Source: an uncultured virus (IMG/VR IMGVR_UViG_3300005201_000027)
Taxonomy: Duplodnaviria > Heunggongvirae > Uroviricota > Caudoviricetes
Length of the DNA stretch: 64,000 nt
Strand: one strand, 5' to 3'
IMG/VR virus record: IMGVR_UViG_3300005201_000027
Of the stretch, positions 21,801 to 30,178 are shown piece after piece. The notes under the pieces were generated by a model that saw nothing but the letters and a program-made list of their open reading frames with translations, was not told the DNA's origin and did no database searches. A program made the position numbers and the translations under genes. Numbering within the stretch: the stretch's first letter is position 1; every line of letters begins with the position of its first letter.

Positions 21801-22382
21801 GGCGCAGGAAATGGGCCGAATGGTGGAAACGCTTATGCAAACAACGGGTATCTTAGATTGCTTCGTACCAACTGTATTCAACAACGTGTCTCTTCTGCGA
21901 CCACTAATTTAGTCCGAATCAACGGTACTGGGACAGCCTTGAATGGACTGATGCGGTCATCTTCTTCCGAAAGATATAAAATCAATATACAACCAATCAG
22001 GGATAGGAGCTATTGCACGAAAATACTTGAACTAGAGCCAGTAACATTCTATGATAGGATGAGTACTGAAATATACGCTGACCGTATCACAATGTATACA
22101 GATAGTAGGACGAGGACTTTGGATAAAGCAGGACTAGAGAAACAGTTGCGTGATGATGATATAGCTCAAATCAAGCGTCACGGAGGTCTTATTGCTGAAA
22201 AAGTTGATGAGGTTGGGTTACATGAATTTGTTGAATACAATGAAGAAACAGGTGAGTGTGAGGGTATTGCCTACCCAACTTTATGGACACTCCTTATCCC
22301 AATCGTTAAAGAACACGAAGATAAAGTTAAATCATTAGAAGAAAGATTAGCTAAATTAGAAAAAGAGCTTGCCGAAAGGTAA
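15834..22382 (+). CDS. Large tail tip/fiber protein: Tal-like N-terminus with SH3b-like insert, collagen-like and tandem repeats, Fn3, CBM-like domain, C-terminal peptidase S74 chaperone
   Basis: G-X-Y runs, WYRVRAINVVGTVGNWS (Fn3), SSSERYKINIQPI...GLIAEKV (intramolecular chaperone). Confidence 0.88.
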   Translation: MYSQSLINAWSQDSRQVVAKITINNQVYFPDDILDLSIEQGAMNGDSLGVGSTFSNSAEFTLVGLHSHIQQLNRVIVELGIRYLERRQVSTLLAPIELRRERRLENNGNLIDVLDVGTQIIVLETVGVWRYVQVVYGVNANIPSPLIEGWINLPQFPTAVAQDVSLIGFVKMGEFRVSERIELDRNANRTNIECLDDMILMGGTFVSPQANINLRMFAVQIAEQAGVAYNRANFDSLPTPQIIVPRDRTHRDVIGYLAQFVGGYATFNRNGELEIRQLAESNFMITPNEYLQGGFERNDIRFNVGGITSQVRQEGRGTLYFEVGEETGGQIVLDNPSMTQNLLNGIWDRLRHLEYYPFSLTWRGNPTVEVGQWVTITDRDNQHYRAPMLSHRISYNGGLRYETTADTTPVARDVVWRRIDHNRDGLQGVSIIDTVTRFHQTSSPNPPNEPVGTLPVEGAWSQETAPPPIEGHFIHILTRILFSDDRYTQSIHTVRSGVSGNNGEDGARGEDGERGADGVSIVDTIVRFIQNNQPLPPALPQGALPNINNNVNNINWSRSIAPPPIDGHYIHVLTRIVKSDNSFDQSVYTIRNGYDGKDGNDGRDGYDGEDGERGDDGNDGISITDTITRFFQSANSNPPAEPNINQPLPSTGTWALSVAPPPVLGHFMHVLTRVVFSTGTPRQFIYSTRSGVNGNDGEDGEDGERGDDGISVVDVVTRFTQTSAETPPNPIPPTNTALPPVNNTANAPLWARDVSPSPIAGWFIHVLTRVVMSNGSATQSIYTVRNGSNGSNGNNGNDGADGTGIRDTQTHYHIHNNGNTPPANNSSDWVTTVPPISEGQWLWTRTTIVLDNDQITHHFSVSRNGVNGRDGTSVSIRGSFDTVEQLRQAHPTGQIGDAWIIAPNLWVWSPTGNNWINAGVIQGERGENGSNGTNGVSITGVQVRYVQNNNATHPNLPAVGNPLPTVNNNGTANWVRDIAPPAQEGTYLHILTRVNFSVGNPTQSVYTVRNGADGERGEVGAQGNPGVGTTNIFTRFTQNTSATPPALPAVTANLPAVNNNGTANWVRDVAPPPVAGEFLHILTRTVLTNGTNIQSVYSTRSGANGNHGNNGEQGWSQSRDISYLTDNTATPPLATANGWNATPTQPTATNRFLWVRTVTTNTGHGAPANPTPTVHLGGSFGQQGNQGDVGVQGWSQSQAFAYQLNNTGNAPAHNSGTWSNTPLVPTATNRFLWVRTTRTNTGHGAPANPTPTVHLGGSFGQQGNQGNPGTNGVGIRDVFTRFTQNTSATPPNAPTALALPTVNNSGTGNWVRDVAPQPVQGQFLHILTRIVRTDDTWSDSIYTTRHAIDGSNGSNGSNGNDGAGFEVVSPPNIAGLTAWASHNSISVQWTNNSPTMRYQAQVRATNNGTWVDVFTGNATRFVHQDIPVNSTRWYRVRAINVVGTVGNWSTADNTNGGANATTAPLATQHIPSITSDMITTDFFQALVINGAIMNAGQIHGSVIEANSLTLNSFAQKDSTNHFEITRQTIGNFFTVHEVAGNSNNPWFQVVNVRRDMNPPTQPWIRVSAGQQFRISGEVQTNVQANLDTTGTARGFVSVVLGVRYRNLSGEINNWSGVTAPANSTTAVTGTITVPNNVVEAQFELRTSGWGTHTGHIRVRNVEVRRMADASLIVQGGITSEHLTTGELRIRNYLFDGTRIMTTTDSDIILSRGTGDNATRDRLIINANYMELRTERDGTVDEDSDTSGGAQPTGRSFIGNTRFYANRLQFNNFGNGNSLINAIIQPARRVNPPVDGRVQTGLGGLRSVFGWAGNRQMFAPVRGRQLIATNQTFNANRTSETRRVSRVLLPELSFSTTDANVPLTVYNSSGDIRDFRARRVIAQDFRNSVGTEVIRIGDHNPQIRTTWLDITTGISTLGTNDLLIRRGGSEINRIGIEASTLNLRGGNPANNNPVWTTNQVAVALISTRMHGANQIHGGVHAQLDVGTAGGGAGNGPNGGNAYANNGYLRLLRTNCIQQRVSSATTNLVRINGTGTALNGLMRSSSSERYKINIQPIRDRSYCTKILELEPVTFYDRMSTEIYADRITMYTDSRTRTLDKAGLEKQLRDDDIAQIKRHGGLIAEKVDEVGLHEFVEYNEETGECEGIAYPTLWTLLIPIVKEHEDKVKSLEERLAKLEKELAER
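19311..19630 (+). repeat. 83-bp exact direct repeat (19311-19393 and 19548-19630) in tail fiber gene
   Basis: ACAAATACAGGTCATGGCGC...GGTAATCAAGG present twice, 237 bp apart. Confidence 0.9.
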
Positions 22383-22415
22383 GCTCTATTAATTATATAA
22401 AAAGAGGTGAAATAA

Positions 22416-22586
22416 ATGGATAATCAGAACATGGAAGCACAGATTTGGCAAAATTTAGTTCAAAAACTAAGCCAAGAGAATTTACAGCTAAAATTAGATG
22501 CTTCAACATATGAACTAAAGCTAGAAGAACTAGAGAAGATGTTGGAAGAAAAGTCTGGGGAGACAGTAGCAGAAGAATTAGAATAA
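22416..22586 (+). CDS. Small coiled-coil protein (56 aa)
   Basis: RBS GAGGTG; MDNQNMEAQIWQNLVQKLSQENLQLK...; absent from ORF track. Confidence 0.75.
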   Translation: MDNQNMEAQIWQNLVQKLSQENLQLKLDASTYELKLEELEKMLEEKSGETVAEELE

Positions 22587-22604
22587 TTTAGAGAGGGTGT
22601 TTAG

Positions 22605-24362
22605 ATGCCTAGAAATAGAAGTTTGAATAAACTTGAAGCAGATGTTGGGTTTGAGGTACATAATTACGTTGAGGGTAAATTTAAAATCAATGAGATTACA
22701 TTACCTATCAGTGCCAATAACCGAAACACTTACCAAACTAACACCACATTCTTTAGCGCAGATAGAGGTACTGCCAAGCAGAGGATTAACCTAGAGATTG
22801 GTGGTAGGGGATTAGATTTAAGGAATGCAAGCAAGGTTTATATCATGTTTGAGTTCACAGGTCTTGATGACGGTTTCGTTATGCTTGAACCAGACATTGT
22901 AGACGATGCTTACGGTAAATTGGAATTAATTCTTCCTAATGAGGTAATTGCAAGGGGTACTTCCGAAGTATTGGAATACGTTTATGTGGAGTTCAATAAT
23001 GGGCAGAAGCTAGACGTAGGGGTTATCTCCACAAGGATTGAGCGAAGTTTTACCGATAGAGGCTTTGAAGAAGCGCAAGAATTTTATATCCAACGTATTG
23101 AAGACTTGATTCAAGAGATGGCTAGACGATTAGCTGAATCAGAATTAGGTGGAATCACACTTAATGCGGATTGGGATAGCCTCATAGGTCGCCCTACTTT
23201 ATTCCCACCAATTGCGCACAGGCATAATTGGAGTGAGTTGGATGATGTTCCAGTAACATTTGCCCCATCCCCTCACAATCACCCTATCTCACAAGTAGAT
23301 AATCTACAAGTCGAGCTTAACAGGATTGAACAAATCGCTAGTTCGAATACTGGTGGGATTACCGAGCTTCCGCCTACGAATTGGGATGACATTCAAGATA
23401 GACCTACTCAATTTACACCAACAGCGCACAGACATGATGTTAGTGAAATTGATGGATTAGACCAAGGTAGGTTACTTCCTAGGGCTATTCACGTAACGAC
23501 AATAAATGGGTGGAATCCTATTCACGAATTAGACCTAGGTGGTGGGCAATTAGTTTCATTCCTAATTTACTCTTCACAGGATGAGCAAATGCCTTGGATG
23601 ACTGTGGGTCAAACAGGTAGATTGACAGGTAGTTCAGGACGTGCGTTTAGGACTGGTAACACAGGTGATTTCGTACATGTTGAACTATATCCTAACTTCC
23701 CAGAGTTTGCCGAGAGTGAGTTTATCGGTATGATTAACACTTGGAATAATTTGACCAATCGTTGGGTGAATGGATGGGACTTGGTAAGTCGGACAGGGGC
23801 TAGCGGAAATAGTAGTGGAGGAGTTGCGGATAGTGTATCATGGGCTAATATCACAGGTCTCCCTAGTTTATTCCCACCATCATCCCACACCCATGATTCT
23901 AGAGACATCGCTATTACCGCATTAGGCAATATTTCTTTCGACAGCATCACCTCCCAGCGAGGTACTTTTATCCTTACAACAACCCACGAAGCAGGAAGAC
24001 CGTCTTCCAACACAAGATTTATCGTCGAGGTTGAGATTGATGGTACTACTGTTATCCAACGAGCGGTTGACCTTGTCGACGGCGCTATCCGTCAACGTCA
24101 CCGCATTAGCAATACATGGTCAAGTTGGAGACGTATAGATGGGGCAGATGCTAGCCAGTTAATTGGCGGCACGATTCCTGATGAAAGGATTAGTGATAGC
24201 TTCTTGCGAGAATGGCAAATTAGTAGCAGGATAGAAGATGCACTTGCACAGGTGAACACAGGTTCAAATTTAGAGGGACTGCCTGAACGAGTGTTAAAGT
24301 TGGAAGAAAGCTTGTCTGAAATATCTAAAAAAATCCTAAATATATTAGGAGGGATTGTATAG
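22605..24362 (+). CDS. BppU-like baseplate/tail fiber protein
   Basis: N-terminal FFSADRGTAK (BppU/DUF2479-like), repeated W..I..RP..F.P..H.H fiber motifs, C-terminal WSSWRRI. Confidence 0.8.
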   Translation: MPRNRSLNKLEADVGFEVHNYVEGKFKINEITLPISANNRNTYQTNTTFFSADRGTAKQRINLEIGGRGLDLRNASKVYIMFEFTGLDDGFVMLEPDIVDDAYGKLELILPNEVIARGTSEVLEYVYVEFNNGQKLDVGVISTRIERSFTDRGFEEAQEFYIQRIEDLIQEMARRLAESELGGITLNADWDSLIGRPTLFPPIAHRHNWSELDDVPVTFAPSPHNHPISQVDNLQVELNRIEQIASSNTGGITELPPTNWDDIQDRPTQFTPTAHRHDVSEIDGLDQGRLLPRAIHVTTINGWNPIHELDLGGGQLVSFLIYSSQDEQMPWMTVGQTGRLTGSSGRAFRTGNTGDFVHVELYPNFPEFAESEFIGMINTWNNLTNRWVNGWDLVSRTGASGNSSGGVADSVSWANITGLPSLFPPSSHTHDSRDIAITALGNISFDSITSQRGTFILTTTHEAGRPSSNTRFIVEVEIDGTTVIQRAVDLVDGAIRQRHRISNTWSSWRRIDGADASQLIGGTIPDERISDSFLREWQISSRIEDALAQVNTGSNLEGLPERVLKLEESLSEISKKILNILGGIV

Positions 24363-25656
24363 TGACAGATATTCTTAAAGAGAGCTATGACGCATATCGC
24401 AGACTAAAGGAGGCGCAACCTAGTTTTTATGGTGGTGCTTATATTGAGCATGATTACTTAGTTATCCACACGACTAGCACCTCACAGGCTGTGGCGGATC
24501 AGGCACACAGGATTTGCGGTACACACAGGATAAGGTTATTGCCGTGTGATTACCCTTATTCTCTTCTCCATAGTGCTCTGGAGAAGATTAGGAATTACTT
24601 GAAAGGCAATAAAAATCAACTGCAAAAAGTAACTGCATATGGTATAGACCAAAAATGCAACAGGGTTACGGTAGTTTACAAGGATGGATTCAAAACAGAG
24701 ATAGCCCGTTTTTTAGATGGATTATTTCCTGATAAGGGGATTGTTAAACTCGAAAAAGGTAGCACCAATGAGTTATTTGCCACCGTAAGGGGAAGTGCAC
24801 CTATTTCTAGTGGTGTTACCGCTTCAGCTTTAACTACCAGTTGCTTCCCAGCGATTAAAGACGGGAAAGCAGGTCTAATTATATCTGGGCACATGACAGG
24901 GGGAGGCGCACAATTAGCGAGATTTTATAGGGAAACCACAGGAGTTCAAAACGATGGAACTAATGTTTTCCTAGGGAACGAAACTGAAAACTCCTATTTC
25001 GTAGACCCTACGATAAGGAACCCTGGTGGTGTGCGTGAGAATATTATAGCAGATTGCGCTTTCGTTACATTGAGTGGAGAATTAGAGGCGAAATTGTCTC
25101 CAGTACTTGTCTTATCTAGAGAACCTATCACAGGTTACGCATTAGACCCAGTGGTGGGTATGCCCACGTTCTCCGTTTCAGGTAGAAACAATATTCAATC
25201 AAGCGGAGAGTGTGTCTTTGTTGATTGGGATATTCCGATAGAAGTCCCCAACGCAGGTTTAGTTGTAGTTGAGAGAACCTTTTTATGTACGAATACTGGA
25301 GGGGCAGGAACTTCTGGTTCGCCTATTTTCACAAGAATAGGGGGGAGGGATTTCTTATCGGCACAGTTTACGCAGGAATTAACAGGAGTTGGGTAGGGAC
25401 ATCCTCTTTCGGAGTATATATGGGAGGAAGTCCTATCCGTGCTGTTCAGGAGGCGTTAGGGGTAGTGCCTATATTCGGAGGACACCCGTTACCATTCCCA
25501 GAAACTAGTGGAAGTAAACTGGAAGAAGTCGCTGTTTCGTTAGGTATCCGACATCGCCAATTAAAAGATGCTTTGGAATATGTCGGAGCACCAGTAACAA
25601 GCGATATGTCTTTTTCCGATATGCTTGACACAGTAGAGCTATTGGGGGTGGACTAG
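24362..25656 (+). CDS. Chymotrypsin-like (S1) serine protease with pro-region, split by a frameshift near G6 tract 25340-25345
   Basis: ISGH, ADCAFV, GTSGSP triad motifs; expected FLIGTVYAG strand lies in the overlapping frame (25285-25656). Confidence 0.65.
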
Positions 25657-26162
25657 TGGCTTCCTTAGCAGACGTAAAGAGAATTCTTCTTGTTATACGA
25701 GAAAGGCTTACAAAAACTCCGATTCTCCTAGGGGATAAGATTCCCGAAGAGGAAAGTTTAGGATTGATTATTTCACGGATTTATGGTGGAGAACTGTTTA
25801 CGCCTCCACCGCAAAATATCATATTACGTTACTGGAATAAATTCACTCGTACAGACCAACACGACATCCATTTTGAAGTAGGAGAAGATTATTTAATTAT
25901 AAGTGGGCAAGTGTTTGGTAGTGCGGAGGTATGGCTCGATGTGCGCAACACCCCATTGCATGGAAAGAGCGGTAGATTGGTTACAGGTGCGATGATTAGT
26001 GTCGACGGATGGGCTTCAATCACTCTAAACAACGAGTTATTTTTAGGCTTTTCCCGAATTACTTTCTCTAATATGGAATATATTAGATTTGATTTTTTGA
26101 CTTTTGGTGCGTTTAGGATGAAGATTCATGATGTGGAATTCATAGATGAGGGGGGGGCATGA
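25656..26162 (+). CDS. Hypothetical tail-module protein ending at a G8 tract
   Basis: 168-aa ORF coupled to upstream stop; ends GAG GGG GGG GCA TGA. Confidence 0.65.
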   Translation: MASLADVKRILLVIRERLTKTPILLGDKIPEEESLGLIISRIYGGELFTPPPQNIILRYWNKFTRTDQHDIHFEVGEDYLIISGQVFGSAEVWLDVRNTPLHGKSGRLVTGAMISVDGWASITLNNELFLGFSRITFSNMEYIRFDFLTFGAFRMKIHDVEFIDEGGA

Positions 26163-26805
26163 GTTAACACCACCAGTTGACAACAATTTAATCGTTAATG
26201 GTGATTTTACTAGCGGTTTATACAGCTGGGATATCCGGTTAGGGGGAGCACCTGCCCCATCAATCGTGCCGTCAATCGGTGGCACAAATTCACCATGGGT
26301 GCTACGATTTGATGCTAATGGTCAGTGGCAAGGAATCTCGCAAGTATTTCACACAATGCCTAACAGCAGGATATCACTTTCGTTCAAATTAAGGCGTTAC
26401 AGACCCTTTATTAACACCAATTGGACGCACCATCCTTGGTTTGAAATATTACTGAAAGACGTCGAAGATACCCGTAGCGTTTTTGACTGGAGAACCTTTG
26501 ATAACACAAATTGGAATAACATGGGTGTTGGCACAGGGTTGATGTATGATTGCTGTTACTTAGATAATGTAAGTATTAGAAATGGCGCTATCCCTAACGA
26601 TGGTGAGTGGATTAATGTGACTACATTACCTTTCCCTACTATATCGGGCAATGTAGAGCTAAGTACAGGCACATATTCAAACCCTATCGAGATTACCGAC
26701 ATTCGGGTTGAATTAATTGAGGGGACTGCTAATGCGAATAAAATACCAATAAATAGTGAAATTAACATTTGTCCGCAATGTGTTTCACTACATAAACAAA
26801 ACTAG
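26146..26805 (+). CDS. Carbohydrate-binding-module-like protein, possibly C-terminal half of the upstream ORF
   Basis: NLIVNGDF..W, GISQVF, ITDIRVEL resemble CBM4/9-like folds; overlap lies on the G8 tract. Confidence 0.6.
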   Translation: MRGGHELTPPVDNNLIVNGDFTSGLYSWDIRLGGAPAPSIVPSIGGTNSPWVLRFDANGQWQGISQVFHTMPNSRISLSFKLRRYRPFINTNWTHHPWFEILLKDVEDTRSVFDWRTFDNTNWNNMGVGTGLMYDCCYLDNVSIRNGAIPNDGEWINVTTLPFPTISGNVELSTGTYSNPIEITDIRVELIEGTANANKIPINSEINICPQCVSLHKQN

Positions 26806-26815
26806 GGGGAACAAA

Positions 26816-27373
26816 ATGTTATTACTAACATACAACATCACCGCATTACTCGCAGGGATTGCCTTTAACGGATATCTGCCAATCTTTATCCTAATGATTG
26901 CAGATATCGCTACTGGATTAATCGTTGCGTGGAAGTGTGCTGAAATTGAATCAAATAAAATGACTAATGGGTTGGCTAAAAAAGCTACCCTATTGGTCGC
27001 ACTAATTATTGGCTACTTTGTGGACACGATTATAGCAGGTGGGACACCAATGTTCCGACCAATGATTGTGACCTATATTTTAGCTAACGAGGGGTTATCA
27101 GTTGTGGAGAATTTAGGTAAACTGGGTGTGCCAGTCCCTAAATTTATCAAATTCAAACTAAAGTCACTCAAAGGTAGTGACGAGGTTTTGTATAAAGATT
27201 CTTCGAATGAAGCCTTTAACCAATTATGGAACGTTGACACCAAAGGTGCTGACCCAAAAATTAAGACGTACCAAGACGGTTCAAAAGAATGCTTCATGCA
27301 AAATTTCTACACAGAGGGTTTATGTGACACTTGCGCCCATACGGGTAAGTGCATTAATCGAGCTAAAGAGTAA
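26816..27373 (+). CDS. Holin (phage holin 4 family) with Cys-rich C-terminal extension
   Basis: ADIATG, S.KMTNGLAKK, NEGLSVVENLGKLGVPVP; RBS GGGGGA. Confidence 0.9.
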   Translation: MLLLTYNITALLAGIAFNGYLPIFILMIADIATGLIVAWKCAEIESNKMTNGLAKKATLLVALIIGYFVDTIIAGGTPMFRPMIVTYILANEGLSVVENLGKLGVPVPKFIKFKLKSLKGSDEVLYKDSSNEAFNQLWNVDTKGADPKIKTYQDGSKECFMQNFYTEGLCDTCAHTGKCINRAKE

Positions 27374-27458
27374 TATTAATCGTGGTATGCTTGTTTCAAG
27401 ACGAGTATACCACATATTTTTAACTAAATTTGTAAAAACAAGGGGAGGAACTAAAATT

Positions 27459-28343
27459 ATGGCAACTTTATCTAATGGTAGGTTGATTCACCCACGAGTA
27501 ACCGTACAGGAAAATTCTAGGGGGATGGCTACAAGGGCGGAACGACAGTTGACAGCAATTGATCGAATTACTACTCACCACACAGTTACGTCCAACATGG
27601 TTACGCTCCAAAATTTGAATAACATTTGGGTGGGAAATAATTGGAACAGGGCTGGCTATCACTTCATTGTACGTAATGATGGCTCTATTTGGCAGTTAGT
27701 ACCTTTGCACGCACCATCTTGGGGAGCAGGGGCTGTGGCTAATCCTCGCTCTATCCATATTGCAATTGCAGGTACATTTACTCCAACTAATCTACCGTCA
27801 CAATCTGCTAGAGATTCTTACGCATGGTTAGTTCAAACATTGTTGCAATTAAGGGCTTTGCCTAATCTCACTAGGCAAGACCAAAACGTTGGGCACAGGG
27901 ATTGGATGGCAACAGCTTGTCCCGGCTTTACTAACGCACAGTTCCGTTCATGGGTAGCACAAGCAATGTCGGCTCAACCGTCTGCGCCAAATAATAATCC
28001 CAACCAGATTCGCCACACGATAATTTCAGGTGATACGCTATGGGGATTATCTCAACGGTTCGGAGTAACGGCAGCTCAAATCCGTACAGCAAATAATTTA
28101 CGGACAGATGTGTTGCAAGTGGGACAGGTGCTGGTAATCCCTAGTGGGCAACCTAGCCGTATCGTTGCAGGTCAAACCGTGAGAGTAAATACTAATGCCA
28201 CGACTTGGGCAACTGGTCAATCTACCCCGAACTGGGTCAGAGGTTCATTACAAACCGTGCAAGAAGTTAGGGACAATGGCTCTATCTTGTTGTTAAGTGG
28301 TGTGATGAGCTTGATTCGAGCAAGTGATGTGACAGTCGTTTAG
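27459..28343 (+). CDS. Endolysin: N-acetylmuramoyl-L-alanine amidase + LysM + SH3-like domain
   Basis: ITTHHT, AGYHFIV, GHRDWMATACPG; ISGDTLWGLSQRFG LysM; RBS GGAGG. Confidence 0.92.
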   Translation: MATLSNGRLIHPRVTVQENSRGMATRAERQLTAIDRITTHHTVTSNMVTLQNLNNIWVGNNWNRAGYHFIVRNDGSIWQLVPLHAPSWGAGAVANPRSIHIAIAGTFTPTNLPSQSARDSYAWLVQTLLQLRALPNLTRQDQNVGHRDWMATACPGFTNAQFRSWVAQAMSAQPSAPNNNPNQIRHTIISGDTLWGLSQRFGVTAAQIRTANNLRTDVLQVGQVLVIPSGQPSRIVAGQTVRVNTNATTWATGQSTPNWVRGSLQTVQEVRDNGSILLLSGVMSLIRASDVTVV

Positions 28344-28356
28344 TATATTATAAGGA

Positions 28357-28393
28357 AAGCACTAGGATTAGAAATAGTCCTAGTGCTTTTTTT
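28357..28393 (+). terminator. Rho-independent terminator of late operon
   Basis: AAAGCACTAGGA..TCCTAGTGCTTT followed by T-run. Confidence 0.9.
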
Positions 28394-28437
28394 GTAACTC
28401 AAAATAATCCCAAATAAAACTTTTATCCAAAAATAGC

Positions 28438-28466
28438 TTTACAAAAGGTTTGATTGGGTGTATAAT
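28438..28466 (+). promoter_or_regulatory. SigA promoter for toxin-like peptide/parMR
   Basis: TTTACA-N17-TATAAT. Confidence 0.75.
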
Positions 28467-28571
28467 GTAATTATACCAAATGTTGGCAATAAAAAAGCCC
28501 CTAATACTAGGAGCGTATATTTAGGGTGTTTGCACAGCCGTAGGAAGCATTTACCGAAAGGAGTTGGGATT

Positions 28572-28658
28572 ATGAATCCATTCCAACTGTTCCTGCTAAA
28601 CGTTTCGTCAGCGGTTGTCGCAGGAATTATTCTACATCTAATAACCAAAGAATTATAG
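28572..28658 (+). CDS. Putative type I toxin peptide (28 aa, Fst-like)
   Basis: MNPFQLFLLNVSSAVVAGIILHLITKEL single hydrophobic helix; RBS AAAGGAG; flanked by long complementary arms. Confidence 0.65.
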   Translation: MNPFQLFLLNVSSAVVAGIILHLITKEL

Positions 28659-28786
28659 CAATCTATTAAGGTCAGGGATTGTTATAAGGACTTGGGAGAG
28701 AGGGTTCACTTCCTACGGTGTTGTAAACATCCTAGATATATTATTGTCAATTTCGGGGAATCTTAAACACATATGGAGGAATTACA

Positions 28787-29758
28787 ATGACTGCGCAAAT
28801 TATCGGAATGGACATCGGAAGAGGGTTTGTCAAGGCTTATTCACAGTATGGAGGCAAGATGGTTACAAAGACATTCCCATCATTTATTGCCACGGGAATG
28901 TCGCAAGATTCTTGGGAAGATGAAGACATCTTCGTAAGCGTTGAGGGTATTGTTGATGAAGAGGGGTATCCAATCCGTGTGAACAACCGCTTTGTCGGAG
29001 AGCGTGCAAGAATGGCGGATGGAATTGGGTATACATCTGATTCCAAAAGTGATGAAATTGTACAGACACTTTTCGCTACGATGCTCTCCAAAGTAGCTGT
29101 GTCCGAGTATGTCAAGGTTATGCTGGGTGTTCCTGATGACTTAGCTACAAAAGCGACTTTAGAGAAAGTCCAAAAAACTTTTAAAGGTAAAACCTACAAG
29201 ATTATTGACCATATCGCAGGTACTTCAAAAGAGGTCTTAGTTGAGGATGTGTATATTTATCGTGAGGGAAATTCTGTTGGGAATGTTTTAAAGACAGTTG
29301 ATGATGATTTAGCTAACCATGATATCGCAATTGTCACTACTGGATATAAAACAACAGAGCTATCTTATTATAACAAAGGATTTAAATACAACCGTGATTT
29401 AAGTGGCTCATTCCCACTAGGCAACATTGATGTTTTAGACAAAACTGTGTTAGCGTTGAAGAACGGAGCTTGGGACAATGAGCGTGTCGTAACTTCACCG
29501 TATCACGTAGATACTGATAACAGGTATTTCAAATTTGCCACTCCTTATTATAAGGAATTGTCTGAAAACATCAAATCAGTTATTGAAAACAAGTGGCGCA
29601 ACCGTAAATTAGCCAAATGTTTTGTGGCAGGAGGGACTTCTACTAAAGAGGGTTATCGTTTGTTCGGAGAGTTTGAGCATCTCCCTAACCCACAAATCAT
29701 TACAGCTAAAGGTTTGTATATAGCAGGTGAAGCATATTTTGCAAAGAAGGTGGCTTAA
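28787..29758 (+). CDS. parM: ParM/StbA-family actin-like partition ATPase
   Basis: GMDIGRGFVK, VMLGVP, GYKTTELS, VAGGTS, AKGLY actin-fold motifs. Confidence 0.9.
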   Translation: MTAQIIGMDIGRGFVKAYSQYGGKMVTKTFPSFIATGMSQDSWEDEDIFVSVEGIVDEEGYPIRVNNRFVGERARMADGIGYTSDSKSDEIVQTLFATMLSKVAVSEYVKVMLGVPDDLATKATLEKVQKTFKGKTYKIIDHIAGTSKEVLVEDVYIYREGNSVGNVLKTVDDDLANHDIAIVTTGYKTTELSYYNKGFKYNRDLSGSFPLGNIDVLDKTVLALKNGAWDNERVVTSPYHVDTDNRYFKFATPYYKELSENIKSVIENKWRNRKLAKCFVAGGTSTKEGYRLFGEFEHLPNPQIITAKGLYIAGEAYFAKKVA

Positions 29759-30037
29759 ATGCCTGAAACTAAACAACGTTCGATAAGATTTGATGAATAC
29801 GTATGGGATTATGTGGAGAGTGTGAGGGAATCTAATAAAATACCCTCTTACACTAAAGCATTAGAGTATATCGTATTGGAACATAAGATAATCAAAAACA
29901 ACGGTATTATGATTTCAGTAAATGGGGGGTTCACGCAAGTTGAGCCTGCCCCTACTGTTGCTGTTGATTATGAGAAAGCAATAGAAGCAGGGGTAGAAGA
30001 AATTCCAGACGTAGCAGAAGATGAATTTGAGTTTTGA
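29759..30037 (+). CDS. Putative ParR adaptor (RHH-like)
   Basis: KQRSIRFDEYVW N-terminus, acidic tail, directly after parM. Confidence 0.65.
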   Translation: MPETKQRSIRFDEYVWDYVESVRESNKIPSYTKALEYIVLEHKIIKNNGIMISVNGGFTQVEPAPTVAVDYEKAIEAGVEEIPDVAEDEFEF

Positions 30038-30140
30038 GGATTAGTTATGATAAAGGCTTCTCAAATAAAAAAGACCAATTCGACAAAACTAGTCAAAACA
30101 ACATAGATTAAAATTTGAATAACTTGTCCATAATATAACA

Positions 30141-30175
30141 AAAGCCAGTAGTCTAATTATCAGACTACTGGCTTT
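30141..30175. terminator. Bidirectional terminator
   Basis: AAAGCCAGTAGTCT..AGACTACTGGCTTT between convergent genes. Confidence 0.85.
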
Positions 30176-30178
30176 ACT

